From Acidobacteriota bacterium (lineage in GTDB: Bacteria; Acidobacteriota; Vicinamibacteria; Vicinamibacterales; CAVVIG01), in NCBI GenBank assembly GCA_016195265.1, contig JACPZW010000062.1:9904-73903 (forward strand): 64,000 nt of DNA, given 5' to 3'. The position numbers and the translations under genes are program-made. Position 1 is the first letter of the stretch, and every line of letters starts with the position of its first letter. The notes below the pieces were generated by a model. The model searched no databases. It had not been told where the DNA came from and was given only the letters and a program-made list of their open reading frames with translations. Below are positions 21,281 to 30,590 of the stretch, in pieces.

Positions 21281-22278
21281 AAAACGTCACGACGACCGCG
21301 GCCGCCGCGAGCGCCCTCGACCCCGCGCTGCTCGCCCGCATCGCCGACCTCGAGCTGGTCGCGCGAATCATCGTCGAAGGTCTCGTCTCCGGCCTGCATC
21401 GCAGTCCGTTTCACGGCTACAGCGCCGAGTTCAGCCAGTACCGGCACTACCGGCCCGGCGACGATCTCAAGTACGTCGACTGGAAGCTGGCGGCGCGGAC
21501 CGATCGCTTCTACACGAAACAGTTCCGCGAGACGACGAACATGGCGGCGACGCTCGTCGTGGACACGAGCGCATCGATGGACTTTCCGTACGTAGGCCGG
21601 GTCCTTTCGGACCCGGCACGACTCACAAAGTTTCGCTATGCCGTTCTCGCCTCCGCCGCGCTCGCACATTTGATCTCGAGGCAGGGCGACGCCGTCGGAC
21701 TCGTCGCCGCCGGCGGACGTTTCATCCCGCCGCGCACCGGGCGCCAGCACCTGCGCGGGCTGCTCGCCGCGCTGGGCGATCTTGGCGGGTCCAGACCGCC
21801 TTCGCCAAGGCTACGGTGGTCCGCCGAAGCTTTACGCGGAGGCGGAAGGACCCGCCCCACGGAATCCGGCCCCCTCGCGTGGGACGGCACGGAGACCATC
21901 CGCCGCGCGGCCGATCGCATGACCCGCCGCGGCCTGCTGCTCGTGCTCTCGGACTTCTACGACGACGAGGAACGCGCGTTCGCGGAGTTGCGGCGGGCGG
22001 CGCGGATGGGACACGAGGTCGTGCTGTTCCAGATCCTGAGCCGTGACGAGATCGAGTTTCCCTACAAGAGCGATTTCGAGTTCACGGATCTCGAGACCGG
22101 ACGGTCGGTCGCCGTCAACGCCGCCGTCGCCCGACGCAAGTACAGAGATGAAGTGGCGGCGTTTCTCGAACGCTGGCGCAGCCGCGCCGGCGCAGAGGGC
22201 TTTCAGTATTCGCTGATCGTCACGGACACGCCAATTGAGCGCTCGCTTCGAAGTGTTCTGCTCGCACGGGGAAATTAG
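21277..22278 (+). CDS. DUF58 domain protein (MoxR partner)
   Basis: GTGA overlap with moxR. Contains YRPGDDLKYVDWKLAARTDRFYTKQFRE. Carries two repeat-derived in-frame inserts. Confidence 0.8.
21588..21617. repeat. REP-like element, family A, inside a CDS
   Basis: TACGTAGGCCGGGTCCTTTCGGACCCGGC is read as YVGRVLSDPA. Confidence 0.8.
21784..21856. repeat. Palindromic element, family D, inside a CDS
   Basis: GGCGGGTCC...GGCTACGGTGGTCCGCCGAAGC...GGACCCGCC. A related copy in reverse orientation lies at 56416-56458. Confidence 0.6.
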
Positions 22279-22358
22279 GAATCGAGAATTGAGAATTAGG
22301 AATTATGCATTGCAACCGTTCTTTCATTCTTGATTCTGAATTCTTAATTCTCAATTTC
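22271..22358. terminator. AT-rich word hairpin (GAGAATT/AATTCTC words)
   Basis: Left arm 22271-22304 and right arm 22326-22358 are reverse-complementary word arrays. The DUF58 TAG stop lies inside the left arm. Confidence 0.5.
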
Positions 22359-22366
22359 CGTTAGTC

Positions 22367-23635
22367 ATGACGTTTCTCTATCCCACGGCTTTCTTTGCGG
22401 TCTTCCTCGTCACTGTCCCCGTCCTGATTCATTTGCTCGTGCACCGGCGGGCCGAACGGCTGGTGTTCCCGACGCTCCGCTTTATCCAGCCGGCGCGCCT
22501 CGCGTCGATGCGGCGGCGGATGCTGGACGACGTGCCGCTGCTCGCCGTGCGCGTGGCCATTCTTGGCGCGGCGATCGCCGCGCTGGCGGCGCCGCTCCTG
22601 ATCACGTCCGCGCGCGAGCGCGCCTGGAACGCGCGCGTGGTGCGCGAGACCGTCGCCGGTGCCGACCTGCGCGACGGTCTGCGGCGGGCCGTCGCCGCGC
22701 TCGGCCATGCTCCGCCGGCGCGGCGGGAAATTGTCGTCGCGTCGGCGTTCCCGATCGGATCGCTGACGCCCGCGGACATCGCCGCTGTACCGACGTCGAT
22801 CGGCCTTCGCTTCGAACGGATCGGCGCGCTGCCCGAGACGCGTTCGACCGCCGATACGCGTGTGCTGGCCGACGGCGGCGCGGTCCTGTCGAGGCAACTG
22901 ACGCTCGCCGGCGCGCGCACGAGCGTGCGCGAAGCTCGGGCCGCCGAGCGCGAGCCGTTCCCAATTGAGGTGGACGCGCCACCCGGCGCGAAGCCCGCCC
23001 TCGACGCGGCGATCGCCGCCGTTTTGTCGCAGCGCGTGTGGGCGCCGCCAGCCGGCCGGCGGGCGAGGCTGGTGATCGCCGGAAGGCCAACGCCACCCGT
23101 CACACCGGCGAACGCGCCGTGGATGGCGGATGCCATCGCGCGGATGTCGCGCGATTCTGACCTGCGGACGGCGGCGTCGCACACGACAGGCATCTCGCTC
23201 GACGCGCGTTTCGTGGCCCCCCCGTGGCAAGTGGTCGCCGTGTCTGACGACGTAGGGGCGGAGCTTGCTCCGCCCGCGCCCTTGATCGTCGTGGCGGCCT
23301 CGGGGTCCGACCTGCTTGTCGTCAGCGCGGCAAGCCCGCTCGACATCGTCACGCCGGTGCTGCTGCGATCGATCGTCAACAGCCTCGCCGTCCTGCCAGA
23401 TCTGCGGCAGGCCGAAGTCGTGACGATTTCGGATTCGCAGCTTCGCGCGTGGTCGCGTCCCGCACCTCCACCGGCCGCGCCGCGGCTGGACTCGCCCTCG
23501 CTGGAAGACGTCAGCGACGATCGCCCGTGGTTCTGGGCTGCCACGCTCGCGCTTCTCGCCCTCGAGGGGTGGATGCGACGCGCACGCGCGACGGACGTGA
23601 ACGGCGGCGCCGGGGACGTGGCTCGTGTCGCCTGA
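22367..23635 (+). CDS. BatA-N-terminal-domain (TIGR02226-like) membrane protein
   Basis: N-terminal MTFLYPTAFFAVFLVTVPVLIHLL...FPTLRFI is characteristic of the aerotolerance-operon double-transmembrane domain. Confidence 0.7.
   Translation: MTFLYPTAFFAVFLVTVPVLIHLLVHRRAERLVFPTLRFIQPARLASMRRRMLDDVPLLAVRVAILGAAIAALAAPLLITSARERAWNARVVRETVAGADLRDGLRRAVAALGHAPPARREIVVASAFPIGSLTPADIAAVPTSIGLRFERIGALPETRSTADTRVLADGGAVLSRQLTLAGARTSVREARAAEREPFPIEVDAPPGAKPALDAAIAAVLSQRVWAPPAGRRARLVIAGRPTPPVTPANAPWMADAIARMSRDSDLRTAASHTTGISLDARFVAPPWQVVAVSDDVGAELAPPAPLIVVAASGSDLLVVSAASPLDIVTPVLLRSIVNSLAVLPDLRQAEVVTISDSQLRAWSRPAPPPAAPRLDSPSLEDVSDDRPWFWAATLALLALEGWMRRARATDVNGGAGDVARVA
23252..23275. repeat. REP-like element, family B, inside a CDS
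   Basis: GTAGGGGCGGAGCTTGCTCCGCCC is read as VGAELAPP. Confidence 0.75.
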
Positions 23636-25679
23636 CGAGCGCCTCATCCGCGACACGATCGACGCCGCACGGCGCCGCGCGGGTGTGCTTGCCGCAGCCG
23701 AGGCGGCCGCCTGGGGAGCGGCGGTCGCGGCGATCTGGCCCATCGGCGGCGCATTGGTTGCGCTGGCCCTCGCGTTCTGGCGATCGCGATCGGTTGGACG
23801 CCCTGCCGTCGTCCGCGCGCTCGAGCGCACTCATCCTGACGCCCGCAACCTGTTGATCACCGCCGACGAGCTGGCGAGCGGTGTGATCGGTAGGCCGGGT
23901 CCTTTCGGACCCGGCAACCTCTCCAACGTCAAGCCGGAGATCCGCGACCGTGTGTTCGCCGACGCCGCCGCGCGGGCGCGGCAGGTCGATCTCCGTCGCG
24001 CGTTCCCGTTCACGCCGCTCGTGCGCTCCGTGGCGGTCGCGTCCGTGGTGTGGATCGTGGTGGCCGCGCGAAGGCCGATATCGCGCGTGACGCTTTTCGA
24101 TCAGTCGGCGTCCTCAGCGTTCACGACAGTCGCGCCCGGTGCGCTGCGCGTGACGACGACGATTCAACCGCCGGCGTACACCGGATTGGCAGGGACGACC
24201 CTGGTCGATCCGGCGCAGCTTCAGGCGATCGAAGGCAGCACGCTCACGATCTCTATTGAGTCGCCTGCGGCCACGCTCGCGTTGGAGCAGGACGGCGCCT
24301 CGCGCCCGCTCGCGCGCGCGTCCAATGGCCGATTCGCCGATCGCGTGGCGCTGACGAAGACGGGCTATCTCCTCATCACGGGCGACGATGGCGCGCGCCG
24401 GCTCATTCCGGTCGTCGTCTCGCCGGACGCGCTGCCGGCGGTGAAGCTGACGGCGCCCGGCCGCGATCTGCGATACGCGTCTGGAAATCCGAGCCTCACG
24501 AACATTGCCATGGAGGCGCGCGCGACGGACGACTTCGGTCTGCGGACGCTGGCGCTGCGCTACACGAAAGTGTCGGGTTCAGGCGAGCAGTTCGACTTCG
24601 AGGAAGGCGAGCTGCCGCTCCGTGTGACGCGGACGAACGCGCGCGACTGGACGGGCAGCGTCTCGCGATCGCTCGCGGACCTGAATCTGAAAGACGGCGA
24701 CATGCTCGTCTACCGCGCGGTCGCGTCGGACGCGCGGCCCGGCGACGGCAGCGCCAGCTCGGACGCGTTCTTCATCGAGATCTCGAAGCTCGGCGCGGCA
24801 GCCGGTGATGCGTTCACGCTGCCGGAAGAGGAAACGAAGTACGCGCTCAGCCAGCAGATGCTGATCATGAAGACCGAACGCCTGACGAATCAGCGCTCCG
24901 CGATGACGTCCGGCGATTTCGGCGAGGCCGCGCGGAATCTGGCCGTCGAGCAGCGGATGATTCGCGCGGAGTTCGTGTTTATGCTCGGCGGTGAGGTCGA
25001 AGACGAGGACGTCGAGGCCGCGCGGTCGAACGAGCTGCAGGAGGGCCGGCTGCAGAATCGCGGGCAGCGCGACCTTCGCGCGGCGACCGTGGCGATGAGT
25101 CAGGCCGAGAAGCTGCTGACCGGCGCCAACACGACGGACGCGCTGACGGCCGAGCGCGCGGCCGTCTCGGCGCTGCAGCGGGCGTTCTCGAAGGACCGCT
25201 ACATCCTGAGAGCGCTCGGCGCCAGGAGTCAGCTCGATCAGACGCGGCGGCTGACCGGCAACTTGTCGCAGGCCGCGGACTGGCGTCGCGTCCCGCCGGA
25301 TCCGGCGACGGACCGGCGTCTCGCGCAGACCGGGGATCTGCTGCGCGGGATCGCCGAGTTGGCTGCGGCGGCGGACGCGCGCGATTGGCGATCGCGCGCC
25401 CTCGTGCTGGCGGAGCAGGCGCTGCGCATCGATCCGGCGTCGGCATCGCTGCGGCAGATTGCGACGGACCTGCAGCGCGCGGCAGACGCGGCCGACGCCG
25501 CCCGCTCGAGCGCGCTCGCATCGGCTGCGACCGCGGCCGCCGACGAGGCGCGCCGGGCGCACGCCGGCGGCACGCTCGCGACGCCCATTGTCGCGCCGGC
25601 GCTGAGCGGCGCCTTCGCCGATGCGCTGAATCCCGCGGCGTCCGGCTCCAGCCGGACCGCTCCGAGCGTGAAGCGATGA
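23625..25679 (+). CDS. Large membrane-anchored hypothetical protein of the Bat-like operon
   Basis: 684 aa. It overlaps both neighbours (translational coupling) and has N-terminal transmembrane segments. Confidence 0.6.
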   Translation: MSPDERLIRDTIDAARRRAGVLAAAEAAAWGAAVAAIWPIGGALVALALAFWRSRSVGRPAVVRALERTHPDARNLLITADELASGVIGRPGPFGPGNLSNVKPEIRDRVFADAAARARQVDLRRAFPFTPLVRSVAVASVVWIVVAARRPISRVTLFDQSASSAFTTVAPGALRVTTTIQPPAYTGLAGTTLVDPAQLQAIEGSTLTISIESPAATLALEQDGASRPLARASNGRFADRVALTKTGYLLITGDDGARRLIPVVVSPDALPAVKLTAPGRDLRYASGNPSLTNIAMEARATDDFGLRTLALRYTKVSGSGEQFDFEEGELPLRVTRTNARDWTGSVSRSLADLNLKDGDMLVYRAVASDARPGDGSASSDAFFIEISKLGAAAGDAFTLPEEETKYALSQQMLIMKTERLTNQRSAMTSGDFGEAARNLAVEQRMIRAEFVFMLGGEVEDEDVEAARSNELQEGRLQNRGQRDLRAATVAMSQAEKLLTGANTTDALTAERAAVSALQRAFSKDRYILRALGARSQLDQTRRLTGNLSQAADWRRVPPDPATDRRLAQTGDLLRGIAELAAAADARDWRSRALVLAEQALRIDPASASLRQIATDLQRAADAADAARSSALASAATAAADEARRAHAGGTLATPIVAPALSGAFADALNPAASGSSRTAPSVKR
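23889..23915. repeat. REP-like element, family A, inside a CDS
   Basis: GGTAGGCCGGGTCCTTTCGGACCCGGC is read as GRPGPFGPG. Confidence 0.8.
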
Positions 25680-27745
25680 CTCGTCTGGTTCCGCGCGCGA
25701 TTGCCATCGCCATCGCCGTCGCCGGCCTGGTCGATCCCGCGATCACTCTGTCCGGCTCAACACGCGCGCGCCTGGCGATTGTCCAGCTGGATCCGGCGGG
25801 TCCAAAAGGACCCGCCCTACATGCCACCGCTGACCCGGCGGGTCCAAAAGGACCCGCCCTACATGCCACTGCTGACCCGGCGGGTTCAAAAGGACCCGCC
25901 CTACATGCCACCGCTGACCCGGCGGGTCCAGGTGATGCCGCCACTCGAGCCCGAGATCGGCTCTCGCGTGACCTTAGCTCGTCGTTCGAGATCGTTCCGC
26001 AGATCACGTCGGATGCGGCAGCCGCGATCGTGGTCGGCGACCGGTATCCACGCGAGTCCGTTCCCGATGCGCTGCGCGTCGCGACCGTGACGACGGCACC
26101 GGCGGCCATCGGCGTGCCCTTTGTCAAGATTGTCAGGATCGACGCGCCGCCTGAGGTTCCGCCTGGCACCGCGATCCATATCGTGGCCGAGATCGAGGGC
26201 TCCGGCGTCGCCGGCCGGACAAGCGACGTGCGCGTCTCGATCGCCGGGATTGACATGGGCCGCGCGTCGCACGTGTGGACGGCGGCGCGCGAGCGATGGC
26301 GCGCATCATTCGACGCCGTTCCGGTCGGCGATCCGCCGTACGTCGTCCGCGTTGCTGGCGACGACGTCCGCGCGGTGGTGGTCGACGCACGCCGCCGGCC
26401 CTTGCGCGTCGAGGTCTACGAGCCGCGGCCGTCGTGGGCGTCCACGTTCGTGCGCCGGGCGCTCGAGGCCGACCCGCGCTTTCAGGTCGCGAGCGTCAGC
26501 GTGACGTCGCGCGGGATCGCGTCCCGCGCGGGTGACGCCGTGTCGCTCGCCGATCCCCGGCTCGACGCCTCCGACGTCGTCGTGATCGGCGGCCTGGATC
26601 GGCTGACCGCCGCGGACGCCCGGGCCCTCGATCGCGTCATGCGTGAGCGCGGCGGCGCTGTCGTGCTCCTTCCGGATGCGCGCCTCGACGCCGGTCCGGC
26701 GCGCGATCTGATCCCCGTCGAGTTGAAGGAGCGATTGCTGGAGCGCCCGACGAAGCTCGCGACGAGGGCGCCGTCGCCCCCGTTCGAGGCGTCGGAGTTG
26801 TTGGTTCCAGATCCGCGGTACGTAGGGCGGGTCCTTTCGGACGCGCCTGATCAGGATCCGCGATACGTAGGGCGGGTCCTTTCGGACCCGCCTGATCAGC
26901 CGGGTCCGAAAGGACCCGGCCTACAAATCGGGACTCTTTTGGACCCGCCTGATCAGCCGGGTCCGAAAGGACCCGGCCTACAAATCGGGACTCGACTGCC
27001 GGGTCCGAAAGGACCCGGCCTACTCGACACGATCGCGAGCACTCGACCCGCCCAGCAGATCATTGCGAGCACGACCGGCGACGATGCCGCGCCGGTCGTC
27101 GTGTCGGTCCCGCGCGGCTACGGGCGGCTCGTGTGGTCCGGCGCGATGGACGCGTGGCGCTTCCGCGCGAACGACGATGGCGCGTTCGATCGGTTCTGGC
27201 AGTCGACGATTGCCGGGCTTGCGCTGCAGGCGCCCGCGCCGATCGATGTGCGCGTCGAGCCTTCGTTTCTCGAGCCGCGCGAGACCGGCGACGTCATCGT
27301 CCGCCTCCGATCGCGCCCCGTGGGCGACGCCCCGCCTGTCAGCGCGGCGGTTGACGGCACACCGATCCGGCTGCGGCCCGATCCTGAAGCCGGCGTTTTC
27401 AGAAGCACGTTCATCGCGCGCGACACGCCCGGCCTTTCGCGCGTCGACGTTCGCGTCGACGGCACGAGTCCGCAGTCCGCGTCCGCGACAATCGTCGTCG
27501 AGAACGACGCGCATCGCGTCGATCCCGGACTACGCGCGGCGCTCTCGATGCTCGCGACGTCGCACGGCGGCATCGACGTCACGCCCGATCGCATCGACGC
27601 GATCGAGCGGTGGGCAAGCGCGACGGTCGCCGCCCCGACGACAACCGTCCGCCGATATCCGATGCGGTCGGCCTGGTGGATCGCTCCGTTCGCCGCCTGT
27701 TTGGCGGGTGAGTGGTGGATGCGCCGCCGCGCTGGACAGCGCTGA
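25676..27745 (+). CDS. Large hypothetical protein with N- and C-terminal membrane anchors, last gene of the Bat-like operon
   Basis: ATGA overlap with the upstream gene. Transmembrane segments at both ends. Contains two REP arrays read in frame. Confidence 0.6.
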   Translation: MTRLVPRAIAIAIAVAGLVDPAITLSGSTRARLAIVQLDPAGPKGPALHATADPAGPKGPALHATADPAGSKGPALHATADPAGPGDAATRARDRLSRDLSSSFEIVPQITSDAAAAIVVGDRYPRESVPDALRVATVTTAPAAIGVPFVKIVRIDAPPEVPPGTAIHIVAEIEGSGVAGRTSDVRVSIAGIDMGRASHVWTAARERWRASFDAVPVGDPPYVVRVAGDDVRAVVVDARRRPLRVEVYEPRPSWASTFVRRALEADPRFQVASVSVTSRGIASRAGDAVSLADPRLDASDVVVIGGLDRLTAADARALDRVMRERGGAVVLLPDARLDAGPARDLIPVELKERLLERPTKLATRAPSPPFEASELLVPDPRYVGRVLSDAPDQDPRYVGRVLSDPPDQPGPKGPGLQIGTLLDPPDQPGPKGPGLQIGTRLPGPKGPGLLDTIASTRPAQQIIASTTGDDAAPVVVSVPRGYGRLVWSGAMDAWRFRANDDGAFDRFWQSTIAGLALQAPAPIDVRVEPSFLEPRETGDVIVRLRSRPVGDAPPVSAAVDGTPIRLRPDPEAGVFRSTFIARDTPGLSRVDVRVDGTSPQSASATIVVENDAHRVDPGLRAALSMLATSHGGIDVTPDRIDAIERWASATVAAPTTTVRRYPMRSAWWIAPFAACLAGEWWMRRRAGQR
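25793..25929. repeat. Three tandem 42-bp units, each containing a family A REP, plus a partial fourth
   Basis: CCGGCGGGTCCAAAAGGACCCGCCCTACATGCCACCGCTGAC occurs three times, with 1-2 substitutions in the second and third units. It is read as DPAGPKGPALHATA x3. Confidence 0.9.
26819..27023. repeat. Array of five full and one partial family A REP copies in both orientations, inside a CDS
   Basis: Forward copies at 26819-26847 and 26865-92. Reverse copies at 26899-26936, 26956-26993 and 26999-27023. Read as YVGRVLSD.. and QPGPKGPGLQIG.. Confidence 0.9.
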
Positions 27746-27748
27746 AGC

Positions 27749-27841
27749 AACTACCCAACTACCCAACTACCTAATTACCCACTTACTCAGTTCGATCGGT
27801 GTGATTGATTGGGTAGTTGAGTAAGTGGGTAATTGGGTAAT
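27749..27841. terminator. Word hairpin (TTACCCA/TGGGTAA words) between convergent genes
   Basis: Left arm 27749-27789 and right arm 27806-27841 are reverse-complementary arrays of 7-8-nt words. Confidence 0.55.
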
Positions 27842-27852
27842 GGCTCCGGCGC

Positions 27853-28824
27853 TCAGAAGCCGTAGAGCCGTGCCGGATTGTCCACCAGGATCGTCCTGCG
27901 CTGCGCGGCGTCCGGCACCCAGGTCGGAAGCAGGTTGAACACTCTGCCGTCGTCGATTTGCCGGAGCGGCGTGATGTCTGTGACCTTGCCGCCAATCACC
28001 CGAGCACCCGGATGCGGCCAGTTCGTCCCCCAGACGAGACGCTCCGGATTCGCCGCGAGGAGCGCTTTCGCAAGCGGCGCGACATCCGGGTAGTCCGGCG
28101 CCTGCGTCGATGAAAGATACGGCGCGGAAATCTTGACGTACGCGTGACCCGTGCGAACGAGATTCACCAGCGTCGCGAAGCCGGGTTGCTGAATGCCGAG
28201 CGACGCCTGCGCGCCGCCGAAGTGATCGAACACCACGCGAACGGCAGCGCCGGCGACGAGGTCGCTGATGGCCTCGATCACGCTCAGCCGCGTATAGATT
28301 TGAATGTGCCAGCCGCGAGCTTTCATCCGCTCCGCCGCGCGTTGGAAACGCTGCCGGGCAATGGCGGGATCCGTGACGCCCGTGGTTTCCAAATTGAGAC
28401 GGATCCCTCGAATGCCCGCGCGAGACATTCCATCCAGCATCGGGTCGGTGGTGCTGTCGTCGATGACGGCGACGCCACGGGCGCTCGAGCCGAGCTGCCT
28501 GAGCGCATCGAGCGTGCAGGCGTTGTCGGTGCCGTACACGCTGGGCTGAACGATGACCACGCGGCTCGTGCGCAGCGCTCGATGCAGGGCGCGGATTTCG
28601 GCGACCGACGCCGGCTCCGGCGTGTACGTGCGATCGGGTGCGAACGGAAAGCGCGCCGAACTTCCGAAGATGTGCGTGTGGCAATCGCACGCGCCCGGCG
28701 GCACGTCGAAGCTGACCTGTGTCGCCGGTTGTGACGCCTTGGCGAACGCCGACGCGGCGCGTCCTGCGAACGCCGCCGCGCCGGCCGCTGCCGCCCCGAC
28801 GAGCACATTGCGCCGCGATATCAT
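27853..28824 (-). CDS. Amidohydrolase-2 family metal-dependent hydrolase with a Tat signal
   Basis: SRRNVLVG twin-arginine motif and CDCHTHIF metal-binding motif. ATG at 28824 is preceded by GGAGG; an alternative ATG lies at 28863. Confidence 0.75.
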   Translation of the reverse strand: MISRRNVLVGAAAAGAAAFAGRAASAFAKASQPATQVSFDVPPGACDCHTHIFGSSARFPFAPDRTYTPEPASVAEIRALHRALRTSRVVIVQPSVYGTDNACTLDALRQLGSSARGVAVIDDSTTDPMLDGMSRAGIRGIRLNLETTGVTDPAIARQRFQRAAERMKARGWHIQIYTRLSVIEAISDLVAGAAVRVVFDHFGGAQASLGIQQPGFATLVNLVRTGHAYVKISAPYLSSTQAPDYPDVAPLAKALLAANPERLVWGTNWPHPGARVIGGKVTDITPLRQIDDGRVFNLLPTWVPDAAQRRTILVDNPARLYGF

Positions 28825-28894
28825 CGCCGGCCTCCGGTTCGCGCGGGATCCTAACACGCGCAAACGACTGCCAATCGGCGCCGAGCGTCTGATC

Positions 28895-28947
28895 CATTAC
28901 CCAATTACCCAATTACCCAACTACCCACTTACCCAATTCAACCGATA
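28895..28947. repeat. One-armed TTACCCA word array
   Basis: CATTACCCAATTACCCAATTACCCAACTACCCACTTACCCAATTC has no local complementary arm. It is followed by the AT-rich ATATATATAAAAGG before the ATG at 28959. Confidence 0.7.
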
Positions 28948-28958
28948 TATATAAAAGG

Positions 28959-30590
28959 ATGCTCTTCAGGCCTCTTCCCCGGGCCGTCACCCGGCCGGTT
29001 TCCATCCTGATCCTCGTCGGTTGGGTCGCCGTCCTGGCCGTGCTCGTCAACCGGTCGTACATCCAGGCCTCGTCCGCGACCCTTGCGACCGACCTCGCGC
29101 GGTACGGCTCAGGCGCGCAGTGGCACGGCGTGTACTACCGCGGCGAGAAGATCGGCTTCACGGTCAGCCAGACGCTGCAGAAGGATGACGGCTTCGAGCT
29201 GGAAGAAGACGGCCGGCTGCAGATGGCGATGCTCGGCGCGACGACGGCCGCGACGATTCACACGGTCGCGCGCGTCGATGCGAATTTCGCGCTGCACAGC
29301 TTCGAGTTCTCGCTCGATCCGGGCACGGGCCCGGTCACGGTTCGCGGTCAGGTGAACGATCGCCGCCTCACGCTCAGCACGACGACGCCGAGCGGCACGC
29401 GGATGGAGGAACGCGATCTGCCGGAGCCGCCGGCGCTGTCGCTGAATCTGTCGCGCAAGCTCGCGAACGGCGGACTCGTGACCGGCGCGCGCTACGAATG
29501 GTCCGTCTTCGATCCGGCCACGCTGCGCAACGCGCCCGTCATCGTCCGCGTCGGCAAGCGCGAGTTCGTGCCGGGCGTGAACACGCCGATTCCCGCCGCC
29601 CACGTCGAGATGGAATACGCCGGCCTGAGCACGACGTCGTGGGTGACGGACACCGGGGAAGTCCTGCGCGAAGAAAGCCCGATGGGGATGATCACGGTCC
29701 GCGAGACGCCCGAGGCCGCGAGAGCGATGGCCGTCTCGCGGCGCACGCAGGTGGACATGCTGCGCGCGGCGGCGATCGTGCCGATTGGGGCGCGGCGGAT
29801 CGACGAGCCGCGCGACGTTCGGCGGATCCGCCTGCAGTTGTCGAACGCGGATCTCTCCGGCTTTGCCTTGAACGGCGTCGGGCAGACGTTCTCGAGTACG
29901 GACTCGATCGTCGAGATCCGAGATCCGCAGGGTCTCAAGGCCGAGCGCGCCGATCCCGACGCGGCGAAGTACCTCGCGCCGGAAGCGTTCATCGAGAGCG
30001 ACGCGCCGGAAATCATCGCCGAATCGGAAATCGCCGCGCGCGGCGCGACGGACGTCAGAGATCGCGCGGAGAAGATCACGCGGTACGTCAACGCGATTCT
30101 GGACAAGAAGCCGACGGTCAGCCTGCCGTCGGCGCGTGAAGTCCTGCGGACGCGCGTCGGCGACTGCAACGAGCACACGGCGCTCTACGTCGCCATGGCG
30201 CGCGCGCAGAAGATCCCCGCGCGGATCGCCGTCGGCATGGTCTACATCCACGGCGCGTACTACTACCACGCGTGGCCCGAGGTGTACATCGACGAGGGAT
30301 CGAATCGCGGACTGTGGCTGCCGGTCGATCCGACGCTGAACCAGTTTCCGGCCGACGGCACGCACCTGCGGCTCGCGCGCGGCGGCCTCGACAAGCAGAC
30401 GATCATCCTGCCGCTCATCGGGAAGCTGCGGATGCGCGTGATGGGTCTCGAGATGGCGCCCAATTCGACGCCGATCCTCGTCGGCAAGCCGCCGGCGGAT
30501 CTCGGTCCGCTGGCGATTCCCATTCCCAAACGCGAGTCGTGCTGCCTCTGCAAACCGGCACCACCCGAGCGTCCGGTGCGAGGCCGATGA
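28959..30590 (+). CDS. Transglutaminase-like domain membrane protein
   Basis: N-terminal transmembrane segment. The core GDCNEHTALYVAMARA...HAWPEVY supplies the Cys-His-Asp type motif. Confidence 0.75.
   Translation: MLFRPLPRAVTRPVSILILVGWVAVLAVLVNRSYIQASSATLATDLARYGSGAQWHGVYYRGEKIGFTVSQTLQKDDGFELEEDGRLQMAMLGATTAATIHTVARVDANFALHSFEFSLDPGTGPVTVRGQVNDRRLTLSTTTPSGTRMEERDLPEPPALSLNLSRKLANGGLVTGARYEWSVFDPATLRNAPVIVRVGKREFVPGVNTPIPAAHVEMEYAGLSTTSWVTDTGEVLREESPMGMITVRETPEAARAMAVSRRTQVDMLRAAAIVPIGARRIDEPRDVRRIRLQLSNADLSGFALNGVGQTFSSTDSIVEIRDPQGLKAERADPDAAKYLAPEAFIESDAPEIIAESEIAARGATDVRDRAEKITRYVNAILDKKPTVSLPSAREVLRTRVGDCNEHTALYVAMARAQKIPARIAVGMVYIHGAYYYHAWPEVYIDEGSNRGLWLPVDPTLNQFPADGTHLRLARGGLDKQTIILPLIGKLRMRVMGLEMAPNSTPILVGKPPADLGPLAIPIPKRESCCLCKPAPPERPVRGR

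Noticed and set aside
25793-25929. Possible CRISPR array, suggested by regularly spaced palindromic repeats.
   Set aside because: The units are directly tandem 42-mers with no unique spacers. They lie in frame inside a long ORF, no cas genes are nearby, and the palindrome is the dispersed family A REP.
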